This document shows, in pieces, positions 52,201-64,000 of a stretch of DNA of 64,000 nucleotides; the first letter of the stretch is position 1; the number at the start of each line of letters is the position of its first letter. The position numbers and the translations under genes are program-made. The notes under the pieces were generated by a model, which saw nothing but the letters and a program-made list of their open reading frames with translations, made no database searches and was not told where the DNA came from. The DNA is taken from positions 60,078,001 through 60,142,000 of the forward strand of contig NC_043010.1 in the NCBI RefSeq assembly GCF_006345805.1. The letters run 5' to 3'. The DNA is from Octopus sinensis. Lineage: Eukaryota.

Positions 52201-55200
52201 GGTATTTGACACTGTTATGGCTACCAATTGACTCTGAATTGCAAAGTGATAATTTTTTGTGCATTTTAAGCATTTGAAACTTGTGCACAGTGGTATGGAA
52301 TTTGGTTCAGTGACTTACTAGAGATGAGTATTCCAGATTTAGTGATTGATCTGTTTGGGATATATTTACCTGATGTTGGGATTACATTACAGAGAAGCCA
52401 AGCCGAGTTACAAAACATTCAAAGAACTCAAACTAGATTCAAATATGACAAACAGAATCTATGGAAAATACTGAAATTGATTAGAAAGTCTCAATTGCTC
52501 TGAGATAAAATTGAGTTATTATTTTTCCCTCTTATTTTGTTGAATTTAGCTTCATCCAGATGATTTACCTCCCATCAAAAACTTGCAACTGCATTGATAT
52601 TACAAAGAGAAGTGATCACTTGTCACTCACAAAGCCAGATGTTGATATACTTGTGAATTTGAATTAGCCACAAAGCTTGCATTTAAAAATTCATAAAACT
52701 ATTTTTTGTTATTATTCTTTATAATTTTTTCCTTGTTTCTGTTACTGGACGGTGGACTTATTGAGCTTGTTTCTAAGAATTAGAATACTTGATGGTACAA
52801 ATATTGTATATTTGTGCCCTTACAGAATTTTGTTTGCTAATATACAACTTAATTTGCATAGAAATAGTTGTCTTTGTAAAGTTTGACAAATATTTTATTT
52901 TTATATGATGCGACTGCAATAATAAATATTTCAAATGGTAAATACATTTTTTATAAAACTCATAGCATCTGTAAGTGAGAGGCATGCAGATAAGTTAATT
53001 TCAGAAGAATGACCAAAAGATAAAAAAAATAAATAGTTGAGAACCACTGATCTAAATTACCAAACTAGTGCTTGAGGTGATTGTAATTAAAGTAAGGAAG
53101 CTGGATGATAGTTCAAGGAGCTATTTACTGTTGACAAAAAAAAGAAAAGTTCTTTGTCATTGCAAAGGGAAGATTTATGAAGTTTGTATAAAGTGTGATG
53201 TATGGTTGTAAGTTATGGGCATTGAAGGCTTATATGTGAAGGGCAAAGAGAAATAAAGTATGCATGATCTAATCTCTAATGTTAACTTGCATGAATAAAG
53301 GGATGCAAATTAGCTGAGAGACTGGTTGGATGCATTAGCAAATGTATCCAGGAGAGATATCTATGATGTTGATGACTGATGAGTGCCGAATAAGAAAGGT
53401 GCTATGTACCAACAAAAGAGGTTATTTCAGAGAATGACTAAAGGAAACTAAGGAAAAAGTGAAAATATCAGGTATGATGCCAAACTTCTAGACTTCACAT
53501 TGAGATGACAAAGAATCATGCCAGTATACAGCATAGCAGACCTGTCTGACCCATATCAGCATATAAAAATGGACATTTAATTATTAATATAATTGAGGAT
53601 ATTGGTGATAGTAAATGATTAGGTCACTGCATATTTAAGACTTTTTCTAAGAAATCATTAATTATGCTTGTTTGATTAACAGATAGCAAGATCATTAAAT
53701 ATATTAGCTTATAATAAATGAGATAATATAAATTAACCAATGAATTTTGGCAAATATGTATTCTATAAATTTTATGTTGAATATTATACAGCCTTTGGAC
53801 TGAAACATAAAAGAATAAAAGAATATCTAAATAATTCAACTTTCTTTTCACCTATATGACAAAACGCTGCTTTAATTATTGTTTGTAACATTAAGTATCC
53901 AAATGACACTTTCTATTGTGTTCAAGTTCTAAACAAGAAGAAGCATTGTGTCAAACAAATAAAGACAAAAATATTACATTTTGATCAAATTTTTCCATCT
54001 TATTTGAAAAGAGGGAAAACAACAGATATTGACAGTAAAGCTGTAAATTCTTCATTTTGTCAACTGGATATGTTTTAGTAAAAAGTCATTTTCAAAGTGT
54101 GTTTCTTAATCTTTGTCATATCTGGGGTTTTTTTTTGTTTTTTTTTTCCATTCACCATTATTTTTCCCTTGTTTCTTTTCATCTTCTCAAGTGTGCTGAT
54201 CTACATCCAACTACATTTGTAGTTCTAATTTTCATCTTTTGACTTTGGTGAAAAGTGAAAGGTAATAACAACAATAATGTAAAATAAACAACTTGTCACA
54301 TTTCATTATATCAGTTTAACATTTCCAGTTCACAACATTTAAATTACAACTGAATATTATGAAGAGTAAACATCTTTGGAATGTTTCAGAAAACTATTCA
54401 TAGATTTTGGGGTTTATTAATGTCTTACTACACAAAATAATATTTCAGAATTCCATTCCATTGTCAGTCTGTTCCTTTCAGTGTGTGTGTGTGTGAGTGT
54501 GTATGTGCGCATGTTTGTGTGTGTGTGTGTGCATGTTTGTGTGTAATAGTAAATGTGTATGAGAGAGAATGATTGTAAATGTGAATGTGTATATGAAGGG
54601 TTGTATGAATGTGCATGTGTGTACTACTGCTACTGCAAGTGTGTATGAAGACCAGAACCTTGAGAGGTTGGGAATTCTAAATAAGAAACCATATGAGTGT
54701 CTAAAAGATAACCTTTCCACTTTTCTTATTGATTCACCAATATTTTGACAGGTCATCTAGCAAGTTTACTTTTATTGTTTGCTTGTTTTCAGAATCCCAA
54801 CAAGGTCTTATCTATTTTTTCTTCATAAAATTACTATATTTATTGAATCTAGTGTTTTGCTTAGCTTTTCTCTTTCTCTAGAGCAATCTTACCATTTGAG
54901 AATGAAGCAAGCAATTATTTACTAGGCTTGTCGTTATATGTGTCTTCTATAAATGTCATCTATTATTATTAGTTTCTGTATGTTTTTGAAATTAAGTTTC
55001 TAATACGCTTCATTTAATTGTTTGGGTATGTAATGTCTGTGTCAATGTAAGGGGAATTTAAATTGGTTTAGACTATTAAGATGTTGTTGAATTTGATACG
55101 CATTTTTTTTAAGACTTAGTTATTACATAATTAAGTCATCTTTATTCTTGGACAATATAAATTTTATGGTCAAAATTAAACCAGTGTTTTTGTCATAAAT

Positions 55201-55487
55201 TCCTCTTAACTCCCATATATACCTATAAGGTTGAAACACAAGCACAATCATTTATGATTAAACTTAATACATGTTCAATGTCAAGTATTTATGCTTACTA
55301 TTTTGATTTTGATAATTCTACTGCCTTTCCTTTCCCATATCATCTCTTTTTAATGGCCCAGAATTATCAAACAATCTGTTTTCCCTAATATCATACTAAT
55401 ATTATTATTACAAGGATTTAGATCCCTGTCTTCTTTTTAATGTGTTTACGCTAATTATCTCCATCATAGATCCCCTTTAATATACAT

Positions 55488-55890
55488 ATGACTGTGTGGT
55501 AAGAAGCTTGCTTCCCAACCACATGGTTTAGGGTTTGGTCCCACTGCATAGCACCTTGGGCAAGTGTCTTCTACTATAGCCTTGGGCCGACCAAAGCCTC
55601 AGGAGTGGATTTGGTAGACAGAAACTGAAAGAAGCCCATCATGTATATATGTATATATCTAAGTGTGCATGTCCTTGTGTCTGTGTTTTCCCCCCTATCA
55701 CCACTGTTTGACAGCTGGTGTTGGTGTGTTTACATCCCCATAACATAGCAGTTCAGTAAAAGAGACTGATAGAATTAGTAGGCTTAAAAAATAAGTCCTG
55801 GGGTTAATTTGTTAAGCTAAAACCCCTCAAAGTGGTGCTCCAGCATAGCCACAGTCAAATGACTAAAACAAGTAAAAAATAAAAGAAAGA
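55488..55890 (+). mobile_element. tRNA-derived SINE family 1, near full length
   Basis: Head actgtgtggtaagaagcttgcttcccaaccacatgg..ggtcccactg, internal TA/TG tract and 3' end gtggtgctccagcatagccacagtcaaatgactaaaacaagtaaaa. Resembles abundant octopus SINEs; exact family needs a library search. Confidence 0.85.
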
Positions 55891-57529
55891 ATCTACCCAC
55901 CTTTACTTTAATATATATACATATCCTACAACCAATTTTGTATGTGTGTAGGGGTTGTAGAATGAATGGATGAATAGAAATTTGAATTAGATACTAACTA
56001 CAATTCCACACGGTAATGTGAAAAATGTTGTGTCACCCTCACTAACTCTCTAATTTGTTTAATCATTGTTATGGTGAATGGAAGATAGTAAATTGGCAAA
56101 GTTGTTAGAGGATTGGATAGCATGTCTTATATTTGTTCTAGCTATATGTGTTATGAGTTCAAATCCCTCCAAGAGTTGCTTTGCCTTTCATCACTTCAGG
56201 ATTAATAAATAAAGTACCAGTTAAGAACTGGAGTTTGTTTCCTCTTTCTCTCAGAATTGGTAATGACAAAGGGGGCCATTAAATAAATGTTTACACCATA
56301 GCCTCCTTTAATCCCTTTACAATCATTGTATGGACTAAATAAATAAGTGTGATGACTGGATACTTTGCCTTCTTTTGTTGCAAGTGAAGTAACTTTTATA
56401 AACTTTTGAATACAAATTCATAAAATCTTCATCAGCCAATCATATTTCTTGATCAAGTTAAAAGGATTATATCAATAAGATGCTTGATCAACTTTTGTAG
56501 TCTTTTGAATTTAACTAGTATATTACTGGTACTTATTGATCTCAGAAAGGATTCAACATTAAACAGAAAGGAAAAACATCACATATTCCAACATATTCAG
56601 TCTGATGTACCGTTGCCAAGACTATCTCCTCCACCCTTTTGACATACTACAGATTATGATATCTAAACAGGGAGATTCTGATGTCTGATTATACAGTTCT
56701 GAAAGCTTTTCAAGCAATGACCTGAACTGAAAGATATACAACACATGTTTATGTAATGCACCATCTCAACTCAAATAGATAAAATGTTTGAACTGAAATT
56801 TTCCACTTGAGTAGATATCTGTATTTGATATTCAAAATGGAATTGTATTTACATTGTTATCACCACAGACAATTCAAGCTGAAGAGATATCTCCAACAGT
56901 TTACATTAGTGTATATGACGGCAGCTTAGTTATTGATATTTGGCTTGGATTTTTATGGAACTAACTCTGTGCTTAAATTTTGAGGTTTGCATATTTCCAA
57001 CTATTGTTCTTATGTCAGGAAAAGAATTAATTTAAAATGTCCTAATAATAAAAATAAGGAGGCTGATTCATCCCATTGTACATGGCCATGATGCATATTG
57101 ACAATAAGGGGGTTGGACTAAGGTAAAGTGTTGATGGCCACAATACAGCTCTGGAAACAAACCATGGATGAATGGCCCTTTGAATAATTTATGAACGGAT
57201 TCCATCAGCTATAATATTATTCTATTATTGTATATTTATGTAATGCTTTAAATAAACTCAATCTATTAAGACACACAGCATTTATATTATTCATTAAGTA
57301 GTTGACTGACAAACTATGGATTGAAATTGTAGACATAATCTGTTATAGGCAACATTTATTCATAAGATGATTGATAAGCTCTGGAACGATGTAAAAAAAT
57401 AATCTATTATAGACATAATATTTACATTATTTGTAAAATAACTGACAGACAAACAAATATTTTAGATTAAGTGTTATATATATATATATATATACACATA
57501 TATATATTACTGATTCTTTTCCTAAGAAT

Positions 57530-57585
57530 CCACAGCTCAGTTGTTGCATTTCATTCACTGAGGCTGTGGGTTCGAGTCCAGCCAT
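57530..57585 (+). mobile_element. Isolated tRNA-like head (A box + perfect B box); SINE head or tRNA pseudogene remnant
   Basis: agctcagttg at 57534-57543 and GGTTCGAGTCC at 57569-57579. No complete cloverleaf. Confidence 0.5.
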
Positions 57586-57839
57586 ATGCAATTTTCTTTG
57601 ATATCAAAGTAAGGATGCCATAGACCATAAAATATATTAAAGCCTTATTGTCACAGTTGTAAAGTAGCAAAATCATATTATAAATAATGTCTTCAATTTC
57701 ATTCCATTGTTGAAAATGTTTGCCAAATATGTATTTTTAATGAGTCTCTATAAATTTCCTGCAGTCTCATAGTTTAAAAAAATATTTGCAGAATTTCTGT
57801 AGGTACTGCAAATTAGCTTATTATAATTATTTGAATTGA

Positions 57840-58334
57840 TTCAGTGTTGGTTTTATTCCTGGGAGAACTTGTGAGCAGCAGGTTACTCCCTGTAAACTTG
57901 AATGTCTAATATGATTTCAATAAGCCATCAAATGCTCAAAACCCTTCTGATGATCTTCCCTGTTCCTAGAAGCTCTACAGGACATTCCATTCCAATCTTC
58001 TTTATTCATTTGTCAATATCATCACTCACAGTTGCTAATGCACCAATTATCACAAGTACAACCTTTACAGATTTCATGTTCCTAATCCTTGCAGTCTCAA
58101 ATTTTAAGGGGTTCTAGTCATTGAACTTTTCATTTGATTTCTTTATAATACTGGTATCAAACGGACATGATGATAAGCAAATTAGCTTTTCTATATCTAT
58201 TATTGTAATACCTGGCTCATTATGTTCTATCTTCTTATCTATTTGAATTGGAAAATTCCACAAAAGCTTACATGTTTCTGACTCAAGTACACTCTCTACC
58301 CAATGACTCTGCCATGTACTTCCTACATCAAGCC
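57840..58334 (-). mobile_element. R4/Dong-like element 3' fragment
   Basis: ESVLESETCKLLWNF(fs)IQIDKKIEHNEPGI...CPFDTSIIKKSNEKF...ARIRNMKSVKVVLVIIGALATV...LLGTGKIIRRVLSI*. Confidence 0.8.
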
Positions 58335-58855
58335 TCCATTTCTGACAAAGATTCTATTGGCCAAATATATAGTGATGATTGCCCCACTGCTCTCTTTCAG
58401 TCAAGCAGGCAAGGCAGTTTTCCTTTGCCTGGTGGCTGTGGTGAAAGAGGCTGTTTTGGTGGACAACGCTGAAAGGCATGAGGATAGATAGATTCCTCTT
58501 TGGTAGAGCTCTCATTGACTTCTTCATCTTCAAGTTAGACTTGAAAAGGTAATTGAAAGTGGAGAAGGAGGTGCTGTCCTCAAGTGAGTTAATTGAAAGG
58601 TGGGAGAAAGTTGCGAAAATCGCAAGAGTGGAAGGTACCTCTCTAAGTGAAGACCTGCGAATTGGAGAGAAGGAATTGGAGAGGGCACTTGCTCTTGGTG
58701 TTCAGGGAAATCTCAGACAGTGAGATTCCTCGATTATCTCTAGAGGTCATCCTATATCAGGAAGGCCACATCTCTATCATCCCCCCACCTTTTTTTTAAA
58801 ACTTTTGTATATTATGTATATATCTCTTCCTTTTCATTGTATGCCATGTATACCC
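58335..58855 (+). mobile_element. Tx1/L1-like LINE ORF2 C-terminus + 3'UTR
   Basis: AGKAVFLCLVAVVKEAV(fs)WTTLKGMRIDRFLFGRALIDFF...VEKEVLSSSELIERWEKV resembles the L1/Tx1 C-terminal K..VW..R....F...W motif spacing. Confidence 0.5.
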
Positions 58856-59619
58856 AGACAGGGGTGGGGCAGACTGATTTCTTCAAACAACTGGAGGCCT
58901 TCCAAGAAATGTCCTACTTTTTAGAACTAGTAGGCAATTGAAACAGTCATGGATAGTCTCAGAGCTGATGGGATACTGGGTGCAAAAAGCTCACAAACCT
59001 GCTCAGATGTTTCCCACCTTCTGTCAGGTACCGACTGGGTGTCCTAGATGTGCCAATGTGGATGTGGACAAACTGTATCATCCAGAAAGTATCTAGATAG
59101 TGTATTCTGAAGGCCAGTAGATAAGTATAGCATGGGTTGTCCATATTTTACAATCATCAGCTAAACAAACCCTAACATTTGTGATCTGTGCAGCTGACAT
59201 AAATAGGCTTTGTGGGCAGAGACCTAGTTACTAAATTTTAGTGGTTAATGAAGAAATCATTATTACTGTCATTATCATTATTAAATTTTACTTCCTAAAG
59301 CTCTCGATCTTACTTGCTCCAGTTAATTCTGTGATAGCAGACAGCAACCACTTGTCAAGGGTTTCACAGTCTTTCAGGGTCTCTTTCCACAAATTATAAG
59401 ACTTGGTACTTAGATGTTATATACTTAATTTTGGGATATACCTTTAGCTCTGGATTACTTTTTACAGCTTAGAAATTATTATTTAAACAGGGAAGAGTTG
59501 AGTTCACAAGGAGAAATGTATAAAAAAATTATGGTTATTAATATTTGAAACTCTATGATTATCTTATTTGGAATAAACTTGCAAATCAGACTGTGTCAGA
59601 TAAAAGACTAAAGTGTTTC

Positions 59620-59640
59620 CATTTTTCTTTTAATTCCAGG
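59620..59640 (+). other. Splice acceptor for the protocadherin exon (exon starts 59640; 47-nt 5'UTR part)
   Basis: Polypyrimidine tract ccatttttcttttaattccAG|G with AG at 59638-59639. No ATG between 59640 and 59687. Confidence 0.75.
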
Positions 59641-59686
59641 TTTATTTTACCGTTGCATCTGAAGTCTTCATACTACAAAGTGGAAT

Positions 59687-62059
59687 ATGTTGATGAAAAT
59701 ATGGTTTTCATTTTCATTTCTACATGTTTCTTTGTGTGTGGACCTTATTTATCATGTGAAAGAAGAAAGAAGTCCAGCTACATACATCGGCGACATTGCA
59801 GCTGACTCTCAGCTACTGGGCAGTGTTTTACCTGGAGACAGCAGGCTGATAGCATTCAGCCTGTTGCAAAGAGTAGGTTCTCAACTGTTCAATGTCACCA
59901 AATCAGGAAAACTGTACACTGCTCAGAAACTGGATGCAGAGACTTTGTGTACATATAATAAAGAATGTTTTAAAATTGTCAAGGCTGCTGTCCGAAAAGC
60001 CAAGACTTTTATGAGAATTCTAAAAATAAAAGTAATAATAGAAGATGCCAATGATCATCGGCCTGAGTTTCCTGGTAAAAGTATTAACATTGAATTCTCA
60101 GAAAATGATCGCAAAGGAGCAAGAAAATCGATCCCTAATGCCATAGACAGAGATGTAGGAATTCTCAATTCACAAATTCATTACCAACTTGAAAAGCTTC
60201 AAGAGGAACCATTTTCATTGTTTGTTTCGAAAAGAGCAGATGGCATATCCACTCTTGAAATTGTTTTAGATCAGACACTAGACAGAGAAGTAAAAAGTAA
60301 CTACCGCATTCAACTTATTGCTAGTGATGGGGGTTCACCTACTCAAAGAAGTTCCTTGGTGGTTGAAATTTCTATCAAGGATGAGAATGACAACCGACCA
60401 ATTTTCTCCCAGAAAATATATAATATTTCAATTAGAAATATACCAAACATTCATTTGCCTGTTGCTGTTTTATCTACAACAGATCTTGATCAAGGACAGA
60501 ACAACAAAGTTACATACTTCTTTAGTCCAATGACTTCTGATGTAGTGAAAAGTCATTTTAGTTTGAATAAGACTACAGGAGAGATATTTTTACAAAAACA
60601 TTACAACCTTGATGAAAAACTTACATATAAATTATATATCGAAGCCAGAGATGCAGGTAGCCCTCCTCTCAGTTCTATGGCAACAGTTTTAGTAAATGTT
60701 ATCAACCAACACAATAATCCTCCAACCATTGATATAGATTTTGTTTCAGCTCTAAGTGATGACACAGCAACTATCTCTGAAGATATCAAAGTTGGTAGTT
60801 TCATTGCCTATGTGATGGTCACTGACAACGATGTAGGACACAATGGTCAGGTCAGCTGTGATATCAAACATGAAAAATTCAAGCTCTTATCAATGGGTTC
60901 TAAAGAGTATAAAATAGTAATGAAAAGCCAAGTGGATAGGGAGGCTGAGGACCACTATGATATTACCTTGTCGTGTGAAGACAAAGGATCCCCTTCTCGC
61001 AAAGTACAGAAAAGATTTTTTCTACAAGTGATGGATGTTAATGATGTTCAACCACACTTTATCTCAGATTCTTTTAAATTTCTGACATTTGAAAATGAGA
61101 AAGATAAGTTCCCAGTAGGTTATATCAATGCCACAGACCCAGATCTAGGATCTGGAGGTCAACTAACATATACTTTGTTTGGTTACAATGGAGACTTCCT
61201 TCCCTTCCAAATCACTGATTCAGGATTCATATCGACATCCATGTCACTTGACAGAGAAAAACAACATATTTATGCGTTTAAAGTTTTAGTTAAAGATAAA
61301 GGAAGACCATCTCTGAATAACACAGCAAATATCACCATTGAAATTTTAGATGAAAATGATAATGCCCCTTATTTTACATTTCCTAGTGTTAATCCTTTTA
61401 GTCTTGATGTCCACTATCATCCTCAAAGTAATAACGACATCACAGTTCTGAAAGCCTCTGACAGAGACAGCAGGGAAAATGCTTTCTTGAGATATGAAAT
61501 TCTAAAAGGAAACAACAATCGGTTATTTGTAATCAATTCTTACACTGGCACTTTGTCTTTCTCTCGAAAAGTTTACCAAAATGATGCTGGATCATATCAA
61601 CTGCAGTTTAGGGTCAAAGACAGCGGTACTCCAGTTCTTTCAGCATCAGTTACAATATCTTTGACCTTAACTGTTAGTAACAAGACATCTCCATCATTAA
61701 CTGCTGTTCAAATACAATCTGACAGTATGATTGATGTAACGTGGGTAATTATAATTGTAGTTTCAGCTGTGATAATATCTGTGGCAATTGTGATTTCTAT
61801 AACGCTCTGTGTTGTCCGATGCAATAATGGAAGAAATGGCTCTGTGAGAGCTCGGGGAAACCCACCATATCAATCTCGCACAGAAATGAGACAGCTGATC
61901 TATCAAACTACTACTACCCCTAGCAGCATGCACCCAGAAGAGATGCTTAACAGAAATAACCAGTCAAATAGATCTAGGAACCAATTTCAGCCAGAAGAAG
62001 GACCACAAATGGAATGGAAAACATCGACAATTATGAGAAGCCTCCCCAAAGTTTCTAAG
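59687..62059 (+). CDS. Pcdh: Protocadherin, large coding exon (signal peptide + EC1-EC6 + TM + proximal cytoplasmic tail; 791 codons), cephalopod-type
   Basis: The ORF has a signal peptide (MLMKIWFSFSFLHVSLC/VDL) and six cadherin repeats with DxNDxxP linkers (DANDHRP, DENDNRP, DVNDVQP, DENDNAP). It has DRE motifs, DxD/DGG motifs and an EC1 C-x5-C motif (aa 88-94), then a TM helix at about aa 686-710. Frame is open to AAG|GTAAGC at 62059/62060. Symbol is family-level only. Confidence 0.95.
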
Positions 62060-62066
62060 GTAAGCT
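62057..62066 (+). other. Splice donor ending the protocadherin exon (phase 0)
   Basis: AAG|GTAAGC is a near-consensus donor. 62059-59687+1 = 2373 nt = 791 codons. Downstream sequence turns T-rich and intron-like. Confidence 0.8.
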
Positions 62067-64000
62067 ATTTAAACTCACTGATTCATAAATGTAGAATTGT
62101 CAATAAATTGTTCTTTGGTTTACTATGTTGGCTTATATTTTTCCTTTCAGTGAATTCACTTCTCCTAATATGAAAAAGGATTATCCAATTTCTTCAAGAT
62201 AACGAAAAGCAATGAAAATTAAATTGATACTGTTTGTTTAAGTTTTTAAAGACTTCCATTATTTAATATCCACTTCAATTTGACTACTGTATCAAAACCA
62301 AAATCAGAAACCTGATATTAATCCAATTATTAACAAGCATTTCATTTCACTTTACTCTGCTTTAAGACATTGGTCAAACTAATGAAAGCAAACCTCAGTA
62401 GCCACTTCACGTTACTACTTCACTTGTTTCATTCAGTCATTCCAATCACTTCTCTCGTATGAGATATATAATGCTGAATGGTGTTATTACTAGCTACAAA
62501 AGAACTTTTATTCCTATCTCAGGTAAATATTTCTAATAGACTGCATAACACAAATGGGATATATAACAATTAAGTGTCTTTGCTTATATGAAGATAATTA
62601 AAGAATTCAATAGTCAGTGATTTGGAAACTGACTGTTTGTTAAACAACTTTACAAAATTCCAACATTCAGTATTGTTTGCTTCGATTGCAGATGTTGAGA
62701 TACAGAAAACATTAGGAGCATAAACCAGAAATATAGTATTAACACTTGTTAAATATTATTAAAAGATATTGTCTATATTTCTTTTTGAACTAGAGTTGTG
62801 AACCTGAAGTGATTTGATTATTTTATTTATTTCTTTGTCTTGTTCTTTTTCTAACTCCCTTTTTTTTTTACCTGTTCCATTGTTCTTACTTTGGTTTTTC
62901 ATATTTAACCATCTGGTTAGTCAACCCCATTCATCCCTTTCTCCCCCCCTCTCTGACTCATATTTTCATTTCACTTCATTTCTCATTTCTCTCTCCATTA
63001 ATAAAACACAAGTAATGTTTTACATTGTTTTCTTATGACAATATCTATATTTTTTCATGATTTTCTCTTGACAATATCTTTTGTTGACTAAACTTGGTAC
63101 CATTTAACATACAACAATCATAAAATGTCCTCAAATTATAAATAATTGTATGCAAAAACAAATGGAATATCCAGCTGGTTTTCATTTCTTTTCTTTTATC
63201 TCAGCAATAGGGGATGGAGTGAAACCTATATAATAAGCAGCTATATCATCCATATAATGTGAACAGGGCAACAACTATGTCAAAATAAAATATATTGCTT
63301 GCTTCTCAATATAATCAGTTTTCTTAGCAGCTCCTCTTTGATATTCTTTCTCTCTAACTTGAATAGGTGGTCATTATCAAAGTATTGTCTTTATTGATGT
63401 ATATTGATTTTTCAGCTATTGCAATACAACATCAAATAATTTTCAGATAAACTTAGCAGAGGTCAAAAATTCTCAAGTGGAAAAGATACTCTAAAGTCTA
63501 GACTGTCTATGGTATATTTTAAAGATAAGTTTTGTGACGAAAGCCATTCTCTTTTGATGTGTTTCTTTGATCAAAGTGGCTTCGTGTAAAAGACTTGGAT
63601 GATGGGTGGAATACATTAGATTCTTTCTTCTGGTAGTTTGTTATAGTGACTGATCAAGCAATTTATGGTGGGTGAAGTCTTCTACTAGAATTGATGACAC
63701 AGATGAAGATTCATGGTGAAATAAATAGCTATAACTTGATTATTTTTTGGTTTTATGTTATATTTTTAGATAATGAATCCAGAAATATCTTATTGAGAAT
63801 TGATAATGGTGTATTGTTCAGTGACTCTTATTCAGTGTCCAATGTTTATGATTTATCATTTGCAGTAACAAAGTTGTATATATACTAAATTTAGTCTGTA
63901 ACAAGTTAAAACTAGCTGGTTCTTTTCTTTTGCATATTATACTACAAATAATGATACAATTAGCCATTACACTAATTTCAAGATTTTGTTTTAATAGCAA

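Noticed and set aside
59545-60804. ORFs 59545-59805 (+), 60318-60533 (+) and 60601-60804 (-)
   Set aside because: Alternate-frame or antisense shadows of the protocadherin exon. The first starts upstream of the splice acceptor.
62060-62173. Hydrophobic tail LFFGLLCWLIFFLSVNSLLLI as a second TM helix
   Set aside because: It lies after a consensus donor and is explained by translation of a T-rich intronic tract.

Overview
AT-rich, intron/intergenic-type eukaryotic DNA with dense microsatellites and decayed retroelements. The protocadherin sequence and repeat families point to an octopod cephalopod (inference; species not determinable). The only credible host coding sequence is one large protocadherin exon (59640-62059, + strand; ATG 59687). 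It encodes a signal peptide, six cadherin repeats, a TM helix and part of the cytoplasmic tail. It is bounded by a splice acceptor and a phase-0 GT donor, so the 828-aa ORF in the track probably reads into an intron. The other ~59 kb holds tRNA-derived SINEs, LINE fragments (RTE, RTE-BovB-like, CR1, R4/Dong-like, Tx1/L1-like, L2/Jockey-like) and Penelope-like element (PLE) RT and GIY-YIG fragments. The ORF track misses nine minimal type I hammerhead-ribozyme (HHR) motifs from five sequence families, most of them decayed. Three families occur as head-to-head inverted twins, and one is fused behind a tRNA-like Pol III head. No rRNA, intact tRNA or CRISPR array was seen. All alignments and folds were done by eye, and repeat boundaries are approximate.
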